Part shown: positions 47,499-61,111 of the stretch, piece by piece | How the letters are laid out: every line of letters begins with the position of its first letter | How positions within the stretch are numbered: the stretch's first letter is position 1 | Origin: Rhodosorus marinus CCMP1338 | Lineage: Eukaryota > Plantae > Rhodophyta | Direction: 5' to 3' | Assembly (NCBI GenBank): GCA_029953675.1 | Contig: JAMWBK010000010.1 | Span: 620,001-684,000, forward strand | DNA: 64,000 nucleotides | Program-made: the position numbers and the translations under genes | The notes under the pieces: model-generated | The model's database searches: none | The model's input: only the letters and a program-made list of their open reading frames with translations | Told to the model about the DNA's origin: nothing

Positions 47499-50436
47499 TC
47501 ATCTGGGACAGAGATCAAGCCTCTGAACAAACTGTTGGTGTTGTTGATCAAGCCGTGCCAAATCCTATGACAGAAATGCTTCTGCTCCGCAGAGATGATT
47601 GCCTTGCGTAGCGAGGCAATCAATGGAGCTTGGAACAGAAGAACTTCGTCTCTTGAGGGCCAGCCTTGGGTCAGGCTGGTTGCACTTGGTCGGATTGAAG
47701 CGTGCAGCATCTTTGTACAGTCATAGGTTTATATGTCTCCAACTCATCAACACGTCCGGCGTTCAAATCGGCGGTCGTGGGGGGGTAAAATTAGTCGCAT
47801 CTGGTCCCCTGCTCAGTGTGGCGAGGTTCGCCCTTTCGCTCCCACAAACACATTGCCATATGGGCCAAAAAAAAAAAAAAGCTCAGCACGCCGACGTCGT
47901 GAATTTTCTCACATGAAACCAAAAACGTCCCTGCTATGAACAATCTTGAACATGAAGAGTTCAAATTAGGGACATATATATCTTTAAATAGCATAATTAC
48001 CGGAGTTTGCTCACCCAAAAACGGACGTCAGCATTCTTTTGGAGCGACCACCCCTTCGTTTTTCTTCCACAGTTTTTGAAAATTCCCCCTTCCACCCCCT
48101 TCACATTGCCGTCATCGAAGCAATCGAAGCAAGGACAAAAAGAAGTTCTGTATTCTAATAAACCTTTTTCAACCAATCATGTGCCACGCACGGAGAACCT
48201 CATCCGTTTTTCTTTTTTTGGAACCAGCCAACCACTTCAACCAAATTTATTTTGGTCGTATTTTCTTGTTCAAAGGACAGGATTTCATACAGAAATTCTG
48301 AACCAAAAAAAAAAACGGTGGAGTTTCGCTATCCGAAAATCCGCCGTTGTCTCATAATCACAAGCCCCGTAGCTTTTCCATTGGTTTAATAAAAGCTAAT
48401 AAATTTGTGTAAATACTTATTCTTGGAATACGAGAATCCCGAATTTCACTTTTACCAAAAATAACCCCCCCACCCCCCTTGCTCCCGGCCTCTCTCCGCG
48501 GGGGGAGAAGAATGAACGTCAACCATCCAACTCGCACGTTGTTCAGCAAGAGAGGAGGGGGAGTGCAGATTTATTCCATGTTCCTAACAATCTCCGAATT
48601 TATGATTGTTTCAATATAAATCTATTTTTAGAGTTGTTTTAGGTACGGGGTGAAAGGGTTAGATTACTATTCTCGAGAGAACCCTCGGTCATCATCCAAA
48701 AAGAGACAAAAATAACCATCCCGCACCCCGGGTGGGATTAGGGGGGAATCAATTTTAATTTTTTTTGCCCACGGAGGCAAAATCAATAGGTGATCAAAGT
48801 TTTGTTTTGTTAAACAGTTGTTTTTGGAGGCCTGTAAACCTAACATGGAAAACATTGGAAGATTGTTGAGCGAGTGAAAGGGTTTTTTGGGCCGCGTATA
48901 GTCGGTGTCGTGTGTTCATCTAACACACGCAGTAGATGCATAAGTGAAAGGGTTTTGAAACCTGACCCCTTTTCGGGAATCTTATCCGATGCCTTCTGGT
49001 ACATAGCAGAAACTTCGTTTTTGGATCGATTATATTGATAAGGGTCTTGTTCTCGCTTTGTCCCAAAAAGCGTCCGTTTCTGGGGGGAGTATTTTTGATT
49101 GTGTTTTTCTATGGTTATAGAATAATTTTTTTGGTGGATGTCATGTCGATTGCAGGAAAACTTTTGCCGAGGGAGCGGTGAGTGGGCGAATAGGTGGTGC
49201 AACGTGAGCGTCCAAAAATAGTAGTTCAGGTTGGGGGGACTCCAAGATGAAATTTAGTGTACAAGAGGTGGATCGTGAGGCGACAAGCTGCATCTGGTTG
49301 TTAACTTTTTGTTGTCGGCTCATTGCAGCTGTCGCTGCCTGGCTCTTGCAAGGGAGTCGTGACGAGCATTGGATGGGTTCGGTTTTCGGCTGGAGATGTG
49401 AAGAGAGCGGGCGATCGTTTTGTCGGGGGTGTGAGGACTTGGGTGGGTGCTATTTTGAGGCCACGCCCAGAGTTTCCACGGTGGATGGTATTGCTGATGG
49501 TCAAATTTCGTGGAGTGCTGTCCAGGATAAGGACCTGGCCAGACGTGATTTTAACGTCGGAGTCGTATGGAGTAAAGCGCAGCGAAAGCTGATTCTGAAT
49601 TGCCTCACCCTCGCTCGCCGTGGAGCAACGTTGCTCTTGGGCACTTCTAACTCTTCAGTCAGGTTTTTGAATTAAGAGCAGCGGTTTGACGTGTGCTTCG
49701 CTGATCACCCTGTGTCTGTCGTGCAAGTGTTCTTTTCGAGGTCGCAACGTGGCACTGAAGAAAGCATATCAGTCCTTCCAAACTCGATTGCTCGTGGTTT
49801 CAATTCTTGGCGGTGGTCTCCTCGAAATGGGCAACTCTTTGCTGTCGTCACTCTGGCAGCGTTGATGAATTAATAAATCGTACTAAAGTTATCGCCCGAT
49901 CACGTTGCATCCTCCGTTTGGATGCTGACACCCCTATCAATGCATGAGGAAGTGCAAACGTGTAGACGTCGTCAACGTTGGCCGCACGAAGAATCGCAGT
50001 GATAGATAGCGAATCTAAATTCTGGCGGTGCGCTTTTTCTTTTCTTTTGAAAGGAGATGTAGGAAGCCTTGTCACTGCCGCAGTTCGAACGAAGAGCGCC
50101 CGTATGAGTTCTCCCCATGAGAAGCGTCGTGTAACCTCGGTGTTAGGAGCGAGCTTTACGGTTGCTCCCACTGCGCAAGCGTTTGAAGTTGTTAGCTGTG
50201 TTCCTCAAAATCTAAGAGGCCGGATGGAAATCACGAGCGTTTGGTCGCCACGTTCCAGTCGGGACACCAACAAAAGGCTTTTGTAATCTGAACCCACTCT
50301 CGGGTTTGGCCCTACTGATGATCACCGAGAGCAGCTTCGACCGCAAGCGGCTTTAGAACATCGCGAAAGGTGGTAGCCTTCTAGTCCCAGACTCTAAACA
50401 AGGGCAATCATCTGGGGCAGAGATCAAGCCTCTGAA
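47499..50436. repeat. Dispersed 29-bp direct repeat, 28/29 identical, at 47499-47527 and 50408-50436
   Basis: tcatctggg(a/g)cagagatcaagcctctgaa; the flanks are not visibly similar. Confidence 0.85.
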
Positions 50437-53400
50437 TGAAGTGTAGCCGTCTCTTCTCTCAGCAGAATGCTCGTATGAAGACAGATTCGCTCATAGGCTT
50501 TTGTCAACTGGTACCAGAGCATTTGCTCGCGGATACCGGAGCTCAAGGAGAACGGAAACGGGCGATTTCTACTGTTTCATCTGTAAGCTTACTCGTGTGT
50601 CCTAGTTCCGCGCTACTACGTTAAGTAGATGGCAATCGTTGAGGGATTCATTTCTGTTGGCTCGGAAACTCTGAAGCTTGAGGTGCATGTGAGACAAGAT
50701 TAACGTTAACAAAAAAAAAGAAGCAAAGGACTAGCCCTAGAGCCGCTACTAGAGGTGCTCAAGCAAAATCTGTCTGGCTTCTACCAGGTCCCGCACATAT
50801 TTTGGTTCGATCATAATCCACCAGTTGCCTTCTTTCAGCTAGATGCAGAGCTTTCACGAGATCTTGATGGCAGTCTAAAATCTACGAAGCTTCAGACATG
50901 GAAAGTCAAGCAGTGGACTGTACCACGAGCATTTCCCTAGCGCTGATGGACTTCGCAAGGGGAAAGGCGGGATGGGCCTGCCCTGAAGAAGAAAACTCAG
51001 CCCTTAGAGGATCATGAAGTGCAGACATCTACGGTCAAGTGTCATCCAGAAAGGCACTTGGAGAACGTACCCCATGGTCGACGTATCCTGTTCTCAAGTT
51101 AGCGCTAGTACTCGAGTACTACGTTACTGATTTTCATTTGTCCTGCACTCCTGGAAAATATCCAAAAATAAGTTGTTTGATAGTCTCCCACAGACTCTAT
51201 AGTACGAACCTATTCGGTACGATCCTGTACTAAACATCTGTTGATCGAGTTGCGGGTGTGCTTGTTCAGCGACAAGCTGTGATCGCTAGATCTCGTAGCT
51301 GACTATGGTCACCGATAAAGCACGCAGATCGAGTCCGGCAGGCGATCATTAGAAGACAATTGTCAGCGGGCGGGCGCGTAAGAAGCTCCGCGTGGCCGTG
51401 ATGAGGAAGAGCTTGTACGGCCCCTGCTCAATGTGCGGGATATTTCCGGTCAGCACCTGTAGCCATGCCGATCGACGAAACGTCATATAATTCAATAAAC
51501 AAACTCTCTGTCCCAACGGATACTTTCAGTACAGAAACGGTCGCGCACGAAAGTGGTCTCCTTTCCCGAGCCACATATATTCGTTGCCGTACCCAAGATA
51601 TTTTGGGTTAGCGGCAGATGCTTGCAAAAAAAAGAAAAACCCACGGCCGTTGGTTGTGGTGCCCCAATCCATCATCGACGGACCAACTGACGCCGTGACA
51701 CAAATTTTTTTGCCCGTGAGAATCTTGTCACTTCCGCTCATATAAACGCCGACTTGTTGAACATTTATCAAATTCCCCCTTTCCCCCCGAAATTAAGTCC
51801 GGTCTTTTTTAGCCCGCGGTTTTTAGTAAGCCATTTGCATGGGTCCATTTGGTCCATTTGCGCACAAAAGAGATTTCGCGACATCGGACAACACGTTCCC
51901 CTATGCCTTTTTCAAGCCGTGTTTCTGGGCAAACCGGGCACACTATGTCCTTTCTATTTGGCCATCAAAAAAAACACAAAAACCAAACTTATTCGGAGAA
52001 GGATCTGTGGTCCCGAGTCGACGGCAACCTTAAAGATAATATATTTTCGACCAATTTGGCAAATCACAATTGACTTTTTATGAATCGACGTCACTTCATT
52101 GGATTGTGGGACGCACGTTCGCCAATGAAAGGGTCGGATGGCAATCATTTCCACGCTGGCAAGTTGTTCAGTGGTCAGTTAGAACCGTTGCTTGATGAGC
52201 CAATCATGAAACTCCAAAGCGTCCAGGCGAAACAAACACCAATAAATTCTCATAGAAACAAATACTTCATTTTCACCATACAATAGCCCTTTTTCAATGC
52301 AGAAAAAGAAAAATTCATGATAAAATTAGTTCCTGAGCGCACCCCTGAATAACGTTGACGCCTCGATTTCGTGTTCTTCAAATATAATCGAAAAAGCCGT
52401 TTTCAAAAACCTCTGAAACTCTTTCCTACTACTTCCACCCCCAAACCAAGAAAAAGAAATCTCGATCGCCGGCCTCGCTACTAGCATTTTAACCCCTTCA
52501 GCGAATACTACCCGAGATTCACCAATCGGTGCTAACCCCCGTTGCCGGCCTATCAACCTGCATTTTTGGAGCCAATTGGAAAGGTATTGATATCTATGAA
52601 AACGCGGTGGCGCATTCAGTTACCCTGGGTACACCGAAATATCACGATCTCTCAACTTTCCTGAATAGAGGGGGGGAAATAGATTTTAATCCTGAAGATG
52701 ACTTTTTTAAATATAAAACAAAAGTTGTTCTTGTTCGTCGGGTTTTTGGGGGAATGGCCGGCCACTAGAAAACGGTGCTGGAGAAAGATTCAGCAACAAA
52801 GACGTGAAAAAGTTGCTAGAAAAAAGACATCGCAACAATCTCTTCCTATCAACACGTGATCGAGGGAAGAACAAAAACACACCAATGGCAGGTAGGGGGG
52901 AAGGCAAGAAAAATACAACAAATTGCACCTCTTAAAATAGCCCCGAAAACAAACCTCCCCTCGTGGGGGATCATATTATATATACATTAATAAAACTCAG
53001 CTACCCCGTCTTGAACGCCGAAAATTGGGGTTAACCGGTCTTTTTGCGGCGTCAAGGGGGGTTGCGAAGGGTGACTATTACGGAGGAAAACGGATCTTGC
53101 CTTGATCAACTGGCAGCAAGGGGTTTACGACTTTTCCCATCGTTTTGAATGGGTATTGTCGGGCGGGGAGCACGGGGTTCCGAGATCCGGTTTTCCAGTT
53201 TTAGACGAAATTTATTACAGTACCTTTGGTGAATGGGGTTGCCAGGAAAGGGGATGGGTAAGGAATTGGATTGTTTTCTTTGCTGATCGGGGGGGCGGGG
53301 CGGGGAGAAGCTCAGTATGAAGAGTTGAGGGGTATTAGCCATGGGGACCGGTAACAGCAGTATTGAAAATCTAGTGGAACTGAAAAGAGTCGGTGGGTTA

Positions 53401-53556
53401 TTATATAAAATCCTGGTTTGGGGCGTGGCTCGGCATCTGGGGATCCGGGGAGAAGGGACGGCTAGGAGTGTGCGAAGTGAGTGAGTCGGTAGTACGACTT
53501 GTCCTTTGTTTTGCAATTTGGCGTGAGGAGGATCTGTGACGGGGGAATTCGTCGCG

Positions 53557-55455
53557 ATGGCGTTCGTGTCGGGTTTTGCGAGTGGGGTGAAGAGCTCCCG
53601 CAGCGATGTTCGGAGTCGTAAGGCACCGAGGATGACTGCCGGCGAGTCTGGTCAAGAGGTACAAAAGGTACAGGTCGAAGTGGTTGGTGCTGAAGCTGCT
53701 AGCAATGCGAAGACTACGCATGAGACTGTCGCTACGGTCGGGGCTATGCCGATGCCGCAGCAACCGATCCAGAGCGCTGGCGCTGCTGCGTCAGGGCTAG
53801 TAGCAGCCCTTGGGGCTCTGATCCTTGGAAAGAAGGTGATGAGCAAGGATGATAAGGTCAAGCCAGTCACGGTGATGAAGGCTGAAGCGACTGCTGGTGA
53901 CAATGGCACCGAGAAGAAGGGTATCCTTGGGGGCGTTGCGAGTCTAATTCCGACTCCCAGTGAGAGGAAGAAGCTCGTCCCGCTGGGGCTCATGTTTTTC
54001 GTCATCCTGTTCAACTACACTATTCTTCGTGACACAAAGGACGTGCTGGTGGTCACTGCCGCAGGTGCAGAGATCATTCCGTTCCTGAAGACGTATTGCA
54101 ACCTCCCTGGAGCGATCTTGTTCACAATCGGATACTCAAAGCTTTCGAATTATATGTCTCGTGAGGCTCTGTTCTATTCGTGCATCATTCCGTTCGTGGC
54201 CTTCTTCTTCCTGTTCGCGTTCTGGATGTATCCGAATCTGGCCACCCTCCACCCAACTGCCTGGGTGAACTCCATCGCCTCGGGTTTGCCAGCTAACTTC
54301 GCAGCGCCGCTGGGTATTATCAGCAACTGGACGTTTGCACTGTTCTACACTCTTGCCGAGCTGTGGGGGTCTGTGGTCGTATCCCTCCTTTTCTGGGGAT
54401 TCGCGAATGAGGTTACTACGGTCGATGAGGCGAAGAAATACTATCCGCTGTTTGGTTTGGGGGCCAATGTTGCCCTTATCTTCTCTGGACAATACGTGCG
54501 TTTCGTGTCCGACATTCGTCGTAATCTGCCCGCGGGTGTCGACGGTTGGGGTCTGTCTCTCAAGTACCTGATGAGCATGATCGCTTTCGGTGGCCTTCTT
54601 ATCATCGGGTGCTACTGGTACGTCTGCCGCTTTGTGTTGACCGATCCGACTGTATTCAAGCCGGGTGCCCAGAAGAAAACGAAGGTCAAGACCAAGCTTG
54701 GAATCCGTGAATCAGCCAAGTACCTTGCCAAGTCTCCGTATATCCGAAATCTCGCTCTGCTTGTCATCGCCTACGGAATGTCCATCAATATTGTCGAGGT
54801 CACCTGGAAGGGTCGCTTGCGTCAGGCTTTCCCGGACCCCAACGACTACTCCACCTTCATGGGCAACTTCTCGACTGCCACAGGAACTGTCACCTTCACA
54901 ATGATGATCATCGGCAGATGGATCTTCAACAGATTTGGATGGGGAGTGGCTGCTACCATCACCCCGGCCGTACTTGGTGCCACTGGTTTGACCTTCTTCG
55001 GTTTGTTGCTGTTCTCTAACGCGGTGAATCCGTTCATTGCTGCGATTGGAAGTACTCCGTTGATGGCTGCGGTGCTTGTCGGAGCTGCGCAGAACGTTTT
55101 GAGCAAATCTTCGAAGTACTCCTTGTTTGACCCGTGCAAGGAGATGGCATATATTCCTCTTGACGCCGAACAGAAGAGCAAGGGCAAGGCTGCAGTCGAT
55201 GTTATTGGAAACCCCCTGGGCAAGTCTGGCGGTTCCTTTATCCAGCAGGGATTGATCTTCGCCATGGGATCCTTGGCGGCGTCAACACCGTACCTCGCTG
55301 CTATCCTTGCCGTTATCATTGTAATGTGGCTTGTTGCGGCTCGCTCTCTGGACAAGCAGTTCGCTGATGCCATGGCCGCGAACGAAGCTGAAGAGGCCAA
55401 GATTGAGGAATCTATGACTGAGTCTGAAGCTGCCCCGGCAACAGAATCCTCTTAG
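53557..55455 (+). CDS. NTT: Plastidic ATP/ADP translocase (TLC/NTT family)
   Basis: FNYTILRDTKDVLVVT, ELWGS...LLFWGFAN, KYSLFDPCKEMAYIPLD, KGKAAVDVIGNPLGKSGGS. Intronless; transit peptide starts MAFVSGF. Confidence 0.97.
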   Translation: MAFVSGFASGVKSSRSDVRSRKAPRMTAGESGQEVQKVQVEVVGAEAASNAKTTHETVATVGAMPMPQQPIQSAGAAASGLVAALGALILGKKVMSKDDKVKPVTVMKAEATAGDNGTEKKGILGGVASLIPTPSERKKLVPLGLMFFVILFNYTILRDTKDVLVVTAAGAEIIPFLKTYCNLPGAILFTIGYSKLSNYMSREALFYSCIIPFVAFFFLFAFWMYPNLATLHPTAWVNSIASGLPANFAAPLGIISNWTFALFYTLAELWGSVVVSLLFWGFANEVTTVDEAKKYYPLFGLGANVALIFSGQYVRFVSDIRRNLPAGVDGWGLSLKYLMSMIAFGGLLIIGCYWYVCRFVLTDPTVFKPGAQKKTKVKTKLGIRESAKYLAKSPYIRNLALLVIAYGMSINIVEVTWKGRLRQAFPDPNDYSTFMGNFSTATGTVTFTMMIIGRWIFNRFGWGVAATITPAVLGATGLTFFGLLLFSNAVNPFIAAIGSTPLMAAVLVGAAQNVLSKSSKYSLFDPCKEMAYIPLDAEQKSKGKAAVDVIGNPLGKSGGSFIQQGLIFAMGSLAASTPYLAAILAVIIVMWLVAARSLDKQFADAMAANEAEEAKIEESMTESEAAPATESS

Positions 55456-57015
55456 TTTGTTTTACTTGTGCCATGCTATCCTAGCTTTTTTTTTTAGCGT
55501 TAGTAGTGCTGCGGCTATTTCCGAGAAAGAGTTGTAGTCAGCCCCATCTCTCCGTGGTTAATCGGGAAGATGTACTTGGTGCTCGAGCAATTACCGCGGA
55601 CGGCGCGGATATGAAAAGATGAAAATTCCAATTGTTCCTTTGCAAACTTTGCCCGTCCGTGTACTACCACATGGTAGGACGTATCCTTGCCATGTGTTCC
55701 TAGAGTTTTGGGCTAAGCTTCGACCAAGGCGGGTTTCTCAGTTCTTTGCTACGGCGACGCTCGGACAGTCCCCGCGGTGGTGCCGCAGCAATCACAGAGG
55801 TCTTCCCTGCCAATGGCGATCGGATAGCAGGGATGACGGACACGACCTCACCACTGTCCGAGGTTGGTTTGTGGCGAAGGCGCGGAGCAGAAAGTGTGAA
55901 AGTTACTTGTATGAAATCCTGCAGGCCAGAACGACTCTAGTCTTTCGAAGTCCCAGTCTGTCTCAGCATAGCCTCGAGCGTAGCTACGGAGCTACTCCCA
56001 CAACCCTCAGTCATTATCCGAAAAACCGTGATTAGTACTAACATAGTACGCATTTGACGTACTAAAAATTCCAAGTGCTTAACAACTAAAACGAGTTCGC
56101 AACTGCAAACACACCTCCACCAACCCACCCCCACCTCGCCTCACCCCTACACGCCCATTCTATTTTAACGGTTGCGCCCTAACCGCCGAAGCCTTCCCCC
56201 CCAGGTAAACATCACATCGACCGAAGCCAGCCGCAACACTACAAAAAAGAAATCACCCTATATCTAAAATCAGCAAAAACAGTAGAAACTTAAAACATAA
56301 TAAAATAACTGCTGCAAATATGACAGTGTTCGCATGTGAAAAAACTCTTACGTAAAAGGGGAATAGGGTAGTATAGAACTTCACCTGGACGAGTGTGGGT
56401 CAATAATTGAAAGGAAAGGGGGGGAACCATCGTTCGGGGGGAGGGGGTGAGGTTTTTTATTCTGTTGATCGAGCTCTTTGAGTTTGGATTGATTTTATTG
56501 AATTGTTTTTTTTTGGGATCCAGTGGACGTGAAACGGAGCTATTACTTTGTGCCTCCAACACGGGCTTTTTTCGTCTTCTCTTGGAGTGAGCGGAAAAAT
56601 CCCATCTTTTTCTTGGATATTGAGAGAACGGGTCTCTGGACGGGGTTTGGTTTGGTTCTACATAATGTGCTAGTTTGGGGAGGTCGGTGAGGGAGAGAGA
56701 AGAGTTTGATGGGCGGGTGGATGGGCTTAAGCTTGTTGGGAAGGAGAGTAAAAGAGGGTTTGGACAGAAGTTAAAAAGGTACGAAGGAGAGGGCTACATT
56801 GATTTCTTCGGTTGCGGTTGTCTTTTTGGGGGGGGAGTTGGGTGGGGAAAAGCTGGTTGTTTGTTTTTGTTGCGGAGCTTGCTTTGGGAAAGGGGCGTTG
56901 CTCGTCGTTGACTTGATTTGAGTAACCTGAGCTTGCCTGTTGCATAGAGGAGGATTCGAGCAAGAGCTGTTGGTCTGCTCGTGTTTGTTCTAGTTTTTTT
57001 CGCGGTTGGCCGTTG

Positions 57016-57076
57016 GGTTTCGTCTGTTTTGAGAGGGCTGTACGGGCTGCGGTTTCGTCTGTTTTGAGAGGGCTGT
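57016..57076. repeat. 26-bp tandem direct repeat with a 35-bp period
   Basis: ggtttcgtctgttttgagagggctgt at 57016-57041 and 57051-57076. Confidence 0.9.
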
Positions 57077-57299
57077 GCGACTGTGGAAACCGGAAACGCT
57101 GAGGATTTTTTGTTGCGGCTGGAAGTGCTTGTTATAAAGTCTCGTGGAATACCAATTCGCAGGAAAGTATAATTTTAGTTGTACAAGCAAAGGGCTCAGA
57201 CGCCCCGGTAATTCGTCCGTTTTGTGGTACCTGGGAAGAGAGCGAGTTGCGCGTGGAGAAAATGGATTAACTTATTGCGACGAACAGCTGAAAATTAGA

Positions 57300-58277
57300 A
57301 TGAAGAGGAGACGGGGTTTAGATGTGGAGGTTGGCTTTGGTACTTTATTGAGACTGCGTAGGCCAAGGGAGAGACAGGCACTTGAGACGGTCGGCATGTA
57401 TGTGTCCAGGAGGGCCGATCCGGAACGGGACGAGGTAGCATTCAAGAGGAACTGTTGTAGAGATGGTAATTCTCGATCGCTCGAGCTGTCGCGACAAGCC
57501 CTGAAGGAGTCTGAGAGCGGTGGATCGATCGTAGTGACTTTCAGTCGAGTTGCCACTCTAGGATCTGATGAACATGCTGAAAAGGTTTGTAAGTTTGTGG
57601 ACGTTGTAAGAGTACCGAGCAATGCACGAGACTCAATGGATACTGAGCGCGTATCACTTGGGACGCTGACGGTGAGATTGCATCCCAGCCAAATTAGAGC
57701 ATGGTTCATTCCTCCCCGGACCCCTTGCGTCGTTCTAATGTACGCTCTGCTATGTTCTCCATAGATTTGTTCGTCGGCTCATGGGGACGACTCGAGCGCT
57801 GACACTAGACGCAGAAATGACAACGACCATGTTTATGATATTTATCGTCCGAAGAGCACGGATTTAGGGGACCAACCGTCCTCCTGCTCGCCCTTTCCAA
57901 TGTGCGAAACCGTTTCCGAATCTTACGTTCATTTGTCCTCGGAGTCAGAAGCAACCTTTGCAGAAAGACCGGGGCGAAGGCTGGTCGCAAGTTTGGGAGC
58001 TACGTCGTCAAACTCCCCAATGGAAGAAATTCAGGTAGACCACAATCGCACACCACATGGCCCCGTCGTGTACAATGAATATTGGGAGCGGGATGGTTAC
58101 GAAAATGATGATGAAGGTATGGCTACGCACCGACTGTACTTGTACCCACAAGGACGATCAGCACCGTTGCCCCAACATCGCTTTTGAAACGCTTTTGTAG
58201 GGTACTCCGCGAATATGAGACACCAGAGAAGACACAGGCTCGTAGAGGTTGACGACGAAGATCTGACTGAGACGTAG
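57300..58277 (+). CDS. Hypothetical protein with Iwr1/RDM4-like motifs (RNA polymerase II import factor family)
   Basis: Spliced frame 57300-57650, 57765-58116, 58201-58277 with canonical GT-AG introns. N-terminal LLRLRRPR, central DHVYDIY and an acidic C-terminus; the canonical NDYPDE motif is not seen. Confidence 0.4.
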
Positions 58278-59111
58278 CAAATTGTGATCGGCGCCACTCA
58301 TAACTTGAACAAGAGTGCACCTGTATCTTGAAAGAAGTCGACGACAGATGGAGATTCTTTCCTGAGTGGTTCTTGTTCGGTTTTTTATCGAGCCATCCGA
58401 ATGCTCTGCGATGGGTATATTCCGAGAACACGACTGTATGGTGGCCAGCTCTCATTCCCGCCGAGCGCCTGTACGTCGTAAACGCAATTCTCTCCGGAAA
58501 TCCTGAAGCATCAACCCGCCAAGATCACGGTCCCAACTGCATAACGTAATATGTACAAACTACACAGAAACCAAAGTCAAAGTATCTATTCTCAATGAAC
58601 TTGTAAATGATTGAAAACGAACAACAAGATGCCTAGAAACACAGCCTTGCGAGAAAAAATCCCTCCTCGGGTCACCAATGGATACCACGTCGCCTCGAAC
58701 GCCCCGCTATGAACCCTTCGCAATCACCTTTTGAAGTCTTTGCTTAGCCACTGCCAAACACAGCTGAGCAATCGGAGAAGATCCGATAGTTTCAGTGCCT
58801 GATGGTATTCTATCGACCGGAGTACGAATATACCCTTCCTGCCATGTAGTGGTTGTTGTAGATCCATCGAAGAGCGATCACGATGAGGATCTCTCATCTA
58901 GATCTTCGTCCAAAACACATTGTTTACTAGGCAGACCCTGGTGAGGGTTCGATCACAGGTGTTCAGGACGAGTTGAGCAAGGTGAGGATGTGACACTTAT
59001 GAATATCTTCTTGGCAGCGAGGGTTGTGACAGGGCACTGTTTAACAAAGGAGGCCTGCCGATGAGTAGGCACTTCTAGGCTGAGGTTTATGGTGGACTAG
59101 GAAGACTAATC

Positions 59112-61111
59112 ATGATAAGGGTCACTTCTGGGCCCAGTTGCTGGAGACTTTTGGGACACCGTATTGGCTGTCGGGGGTATCAGACTGGGAGTCCAGGTCT
59201 AGTACCTGGCAGTAGACAAGGCAATGGCCTTTTGAACGCTGTAGTTAAAGTGTTTAGCACTCAGAATACTCCAGATTTTTCGATGCCGTGGCAGAACAAA
59301 CCTCACGAGTATACGACTGGATCCGGGTTCATCGCAAGGACCCCAGTTGGTCTCCGTGTTCTAACTAATGCCCACCTGGTAGCGGATACCACCTTCGTCC
59401 AGGTTAGAAAACACGGAAACTCGGAACGCTTCGAGGCAAGCGTGGAGGCACTAGCTCACGAGTGCGATGTCGCAATGCTGAACGTTGAGGATAAGAAGTT
59501 CTGGGCGAACTCAGACCCTCTAGTCTTCGCAGATGAACTACCACAGCTCCAGGACAGCATCTCTGTTATCGGTGGGGGGTGCTTAAAACAACTGAAAAGA
59601 GGAAGCGCTGTAAAGCGTGGGTACTGATCGTCGGCTCTGATGACGTTCGTCGGCTTAGGCTACCCCACGGGAGGCGACAACCTATCCGTCACAAGCGGTG
59701 TGGTCAGCAGAATCGAGATGCAACAATATACACACGCCGCCACCAGTCTGCTGGCGGTTCAAATTGACGCAGCAATCAACAGCGGCAATTCTGGTGGACC
59801 GGCCGTCAAGGACGGGTGGGTTTACGGTATCGCCTTTCAGAACCTAGCAGGAGCGGATGGCATTGGATTTGTCATTCCAACTCCCGTAATTCATCATTTC
59901 CTGGACAGTGTTAACTCAGAGTCGGGGTAAGTCTAGAAACGACGTTTGAGGTTACCTTTCCCCGTTCTCACCATAACCCCACCTCGCTCTGCTCTGAAAA
60001 CCAGGTACCAGAGATTCTGCGATCTGGAAGTAAAGTGTCAGGTACTCTAAGATTCAGTCTCTGCGTTCGGAGCACCTTGAAGCCTAGAATGGCCCGCTCT
60101 AACTCAAGGCTTTTGGCGAACTCTATAGGACATGGAAAATGATCATTTACGCAAGTACTACGGGATGACAGGGCATGATAGCGGGGTGCTCATCAACAAG
60201 ATTGCACCTCTGAGCTCTGTATCAGGTCTATTGAAGCCTGGAGATGTTCTGACGAGCTTCGACGATGTCCCCATCGCAAACGATGGCACTGTAGATCACC
60301 CTATCACCGGGCGGATCAACTTTCAGCACCTCGTATCGATGAAGAAGGTCGGAGAGATTGCTAGATTGGGCGCGATCAGAGACCGGAAAAAAATCCAGCT
60401 GAATGCACCCATGGCTGCACCGAACTATCTTGTGGTAGGGTTTACACATTTCAATACTCTGAGTAATGCCAACTTTTCCGGCAGCGACCAAACTTAACAG
60501 CGAGCACTCTCGTCCATACGATAGCCAGTGCACAGCTTTGATCGTGACCCACGGTACTTTGTCATCGGAGGACTCGTCTTCACTCCCCTGTCACAAGCTT
60601 TTCTGCAGGAGTATGGAGAGGACTGGGCCAACACAGCACCGAGAAGGCTGGTGAACACAGCTCTCTATGACCTTCCGAAGAAAAACTTAGCAGAAGTAAG
60701 TACAGAACAGGATAGGACACGAATTGACCCAGATGAACTGAGAATCGTACTTTTGTGCCTATGTCCTAGGCGATAGTCTTAGCAGACGTTCTCCCGCATA
60801 GAATCACCGCGGGATATCAGAAGCTGGTAGACCTGAGACTGCTGAAATTTAATGGAGTAGAAGTGCGGAACTTGAGTCACTTGGTGAAGCTCGTACAGAA
60901 GAGTACGGGACGTTTCTTCAGGTGTGTCTTCCTACGAACTCCCAACTCCTTCCTTGTAGCAGAAATCTCACGACGAGACTACCTAACCACTGCTTTCAGG
61001 TTTGAGCTTGAGGACGATAGGGAGATAGTACTCCTTGCGGACACAACACGCAGGGCAAGTCAGTCGATACTTAAACGCTATCGAATTCAAGCACCGCAGT
61101 ATGCACTATAA
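59112..61111 (+). CDS. Deg/HtrA serine protease with PDZ domains (Deg9/Deg10-like, probably mitochondrial)
   Basis: Catalytic triad [20 protein letters not shown]; AVVKVF...PWQ; PDZ region GVLINKI. Exons 59112-59571, 59659-59926, 60005-60041, 60129-60434, 60525-60695, 60770-60921, 61000-61111. Confidence 0.92.

Noticed and set aside
53557-55455. Chlamydia/Rickettsia-type nucleotide transporter as a novel horizontal transfer
   Set aside because: The plastid NTT family and its bacterial affinity are well established across Archaeplastida.
57016-57076. CRISPR-like repeat-spacer unit
   Set aside because: Only two repeats with a 9-nt spacer, in a eukaryotic context with no cas genes; a simple tandem duplication.
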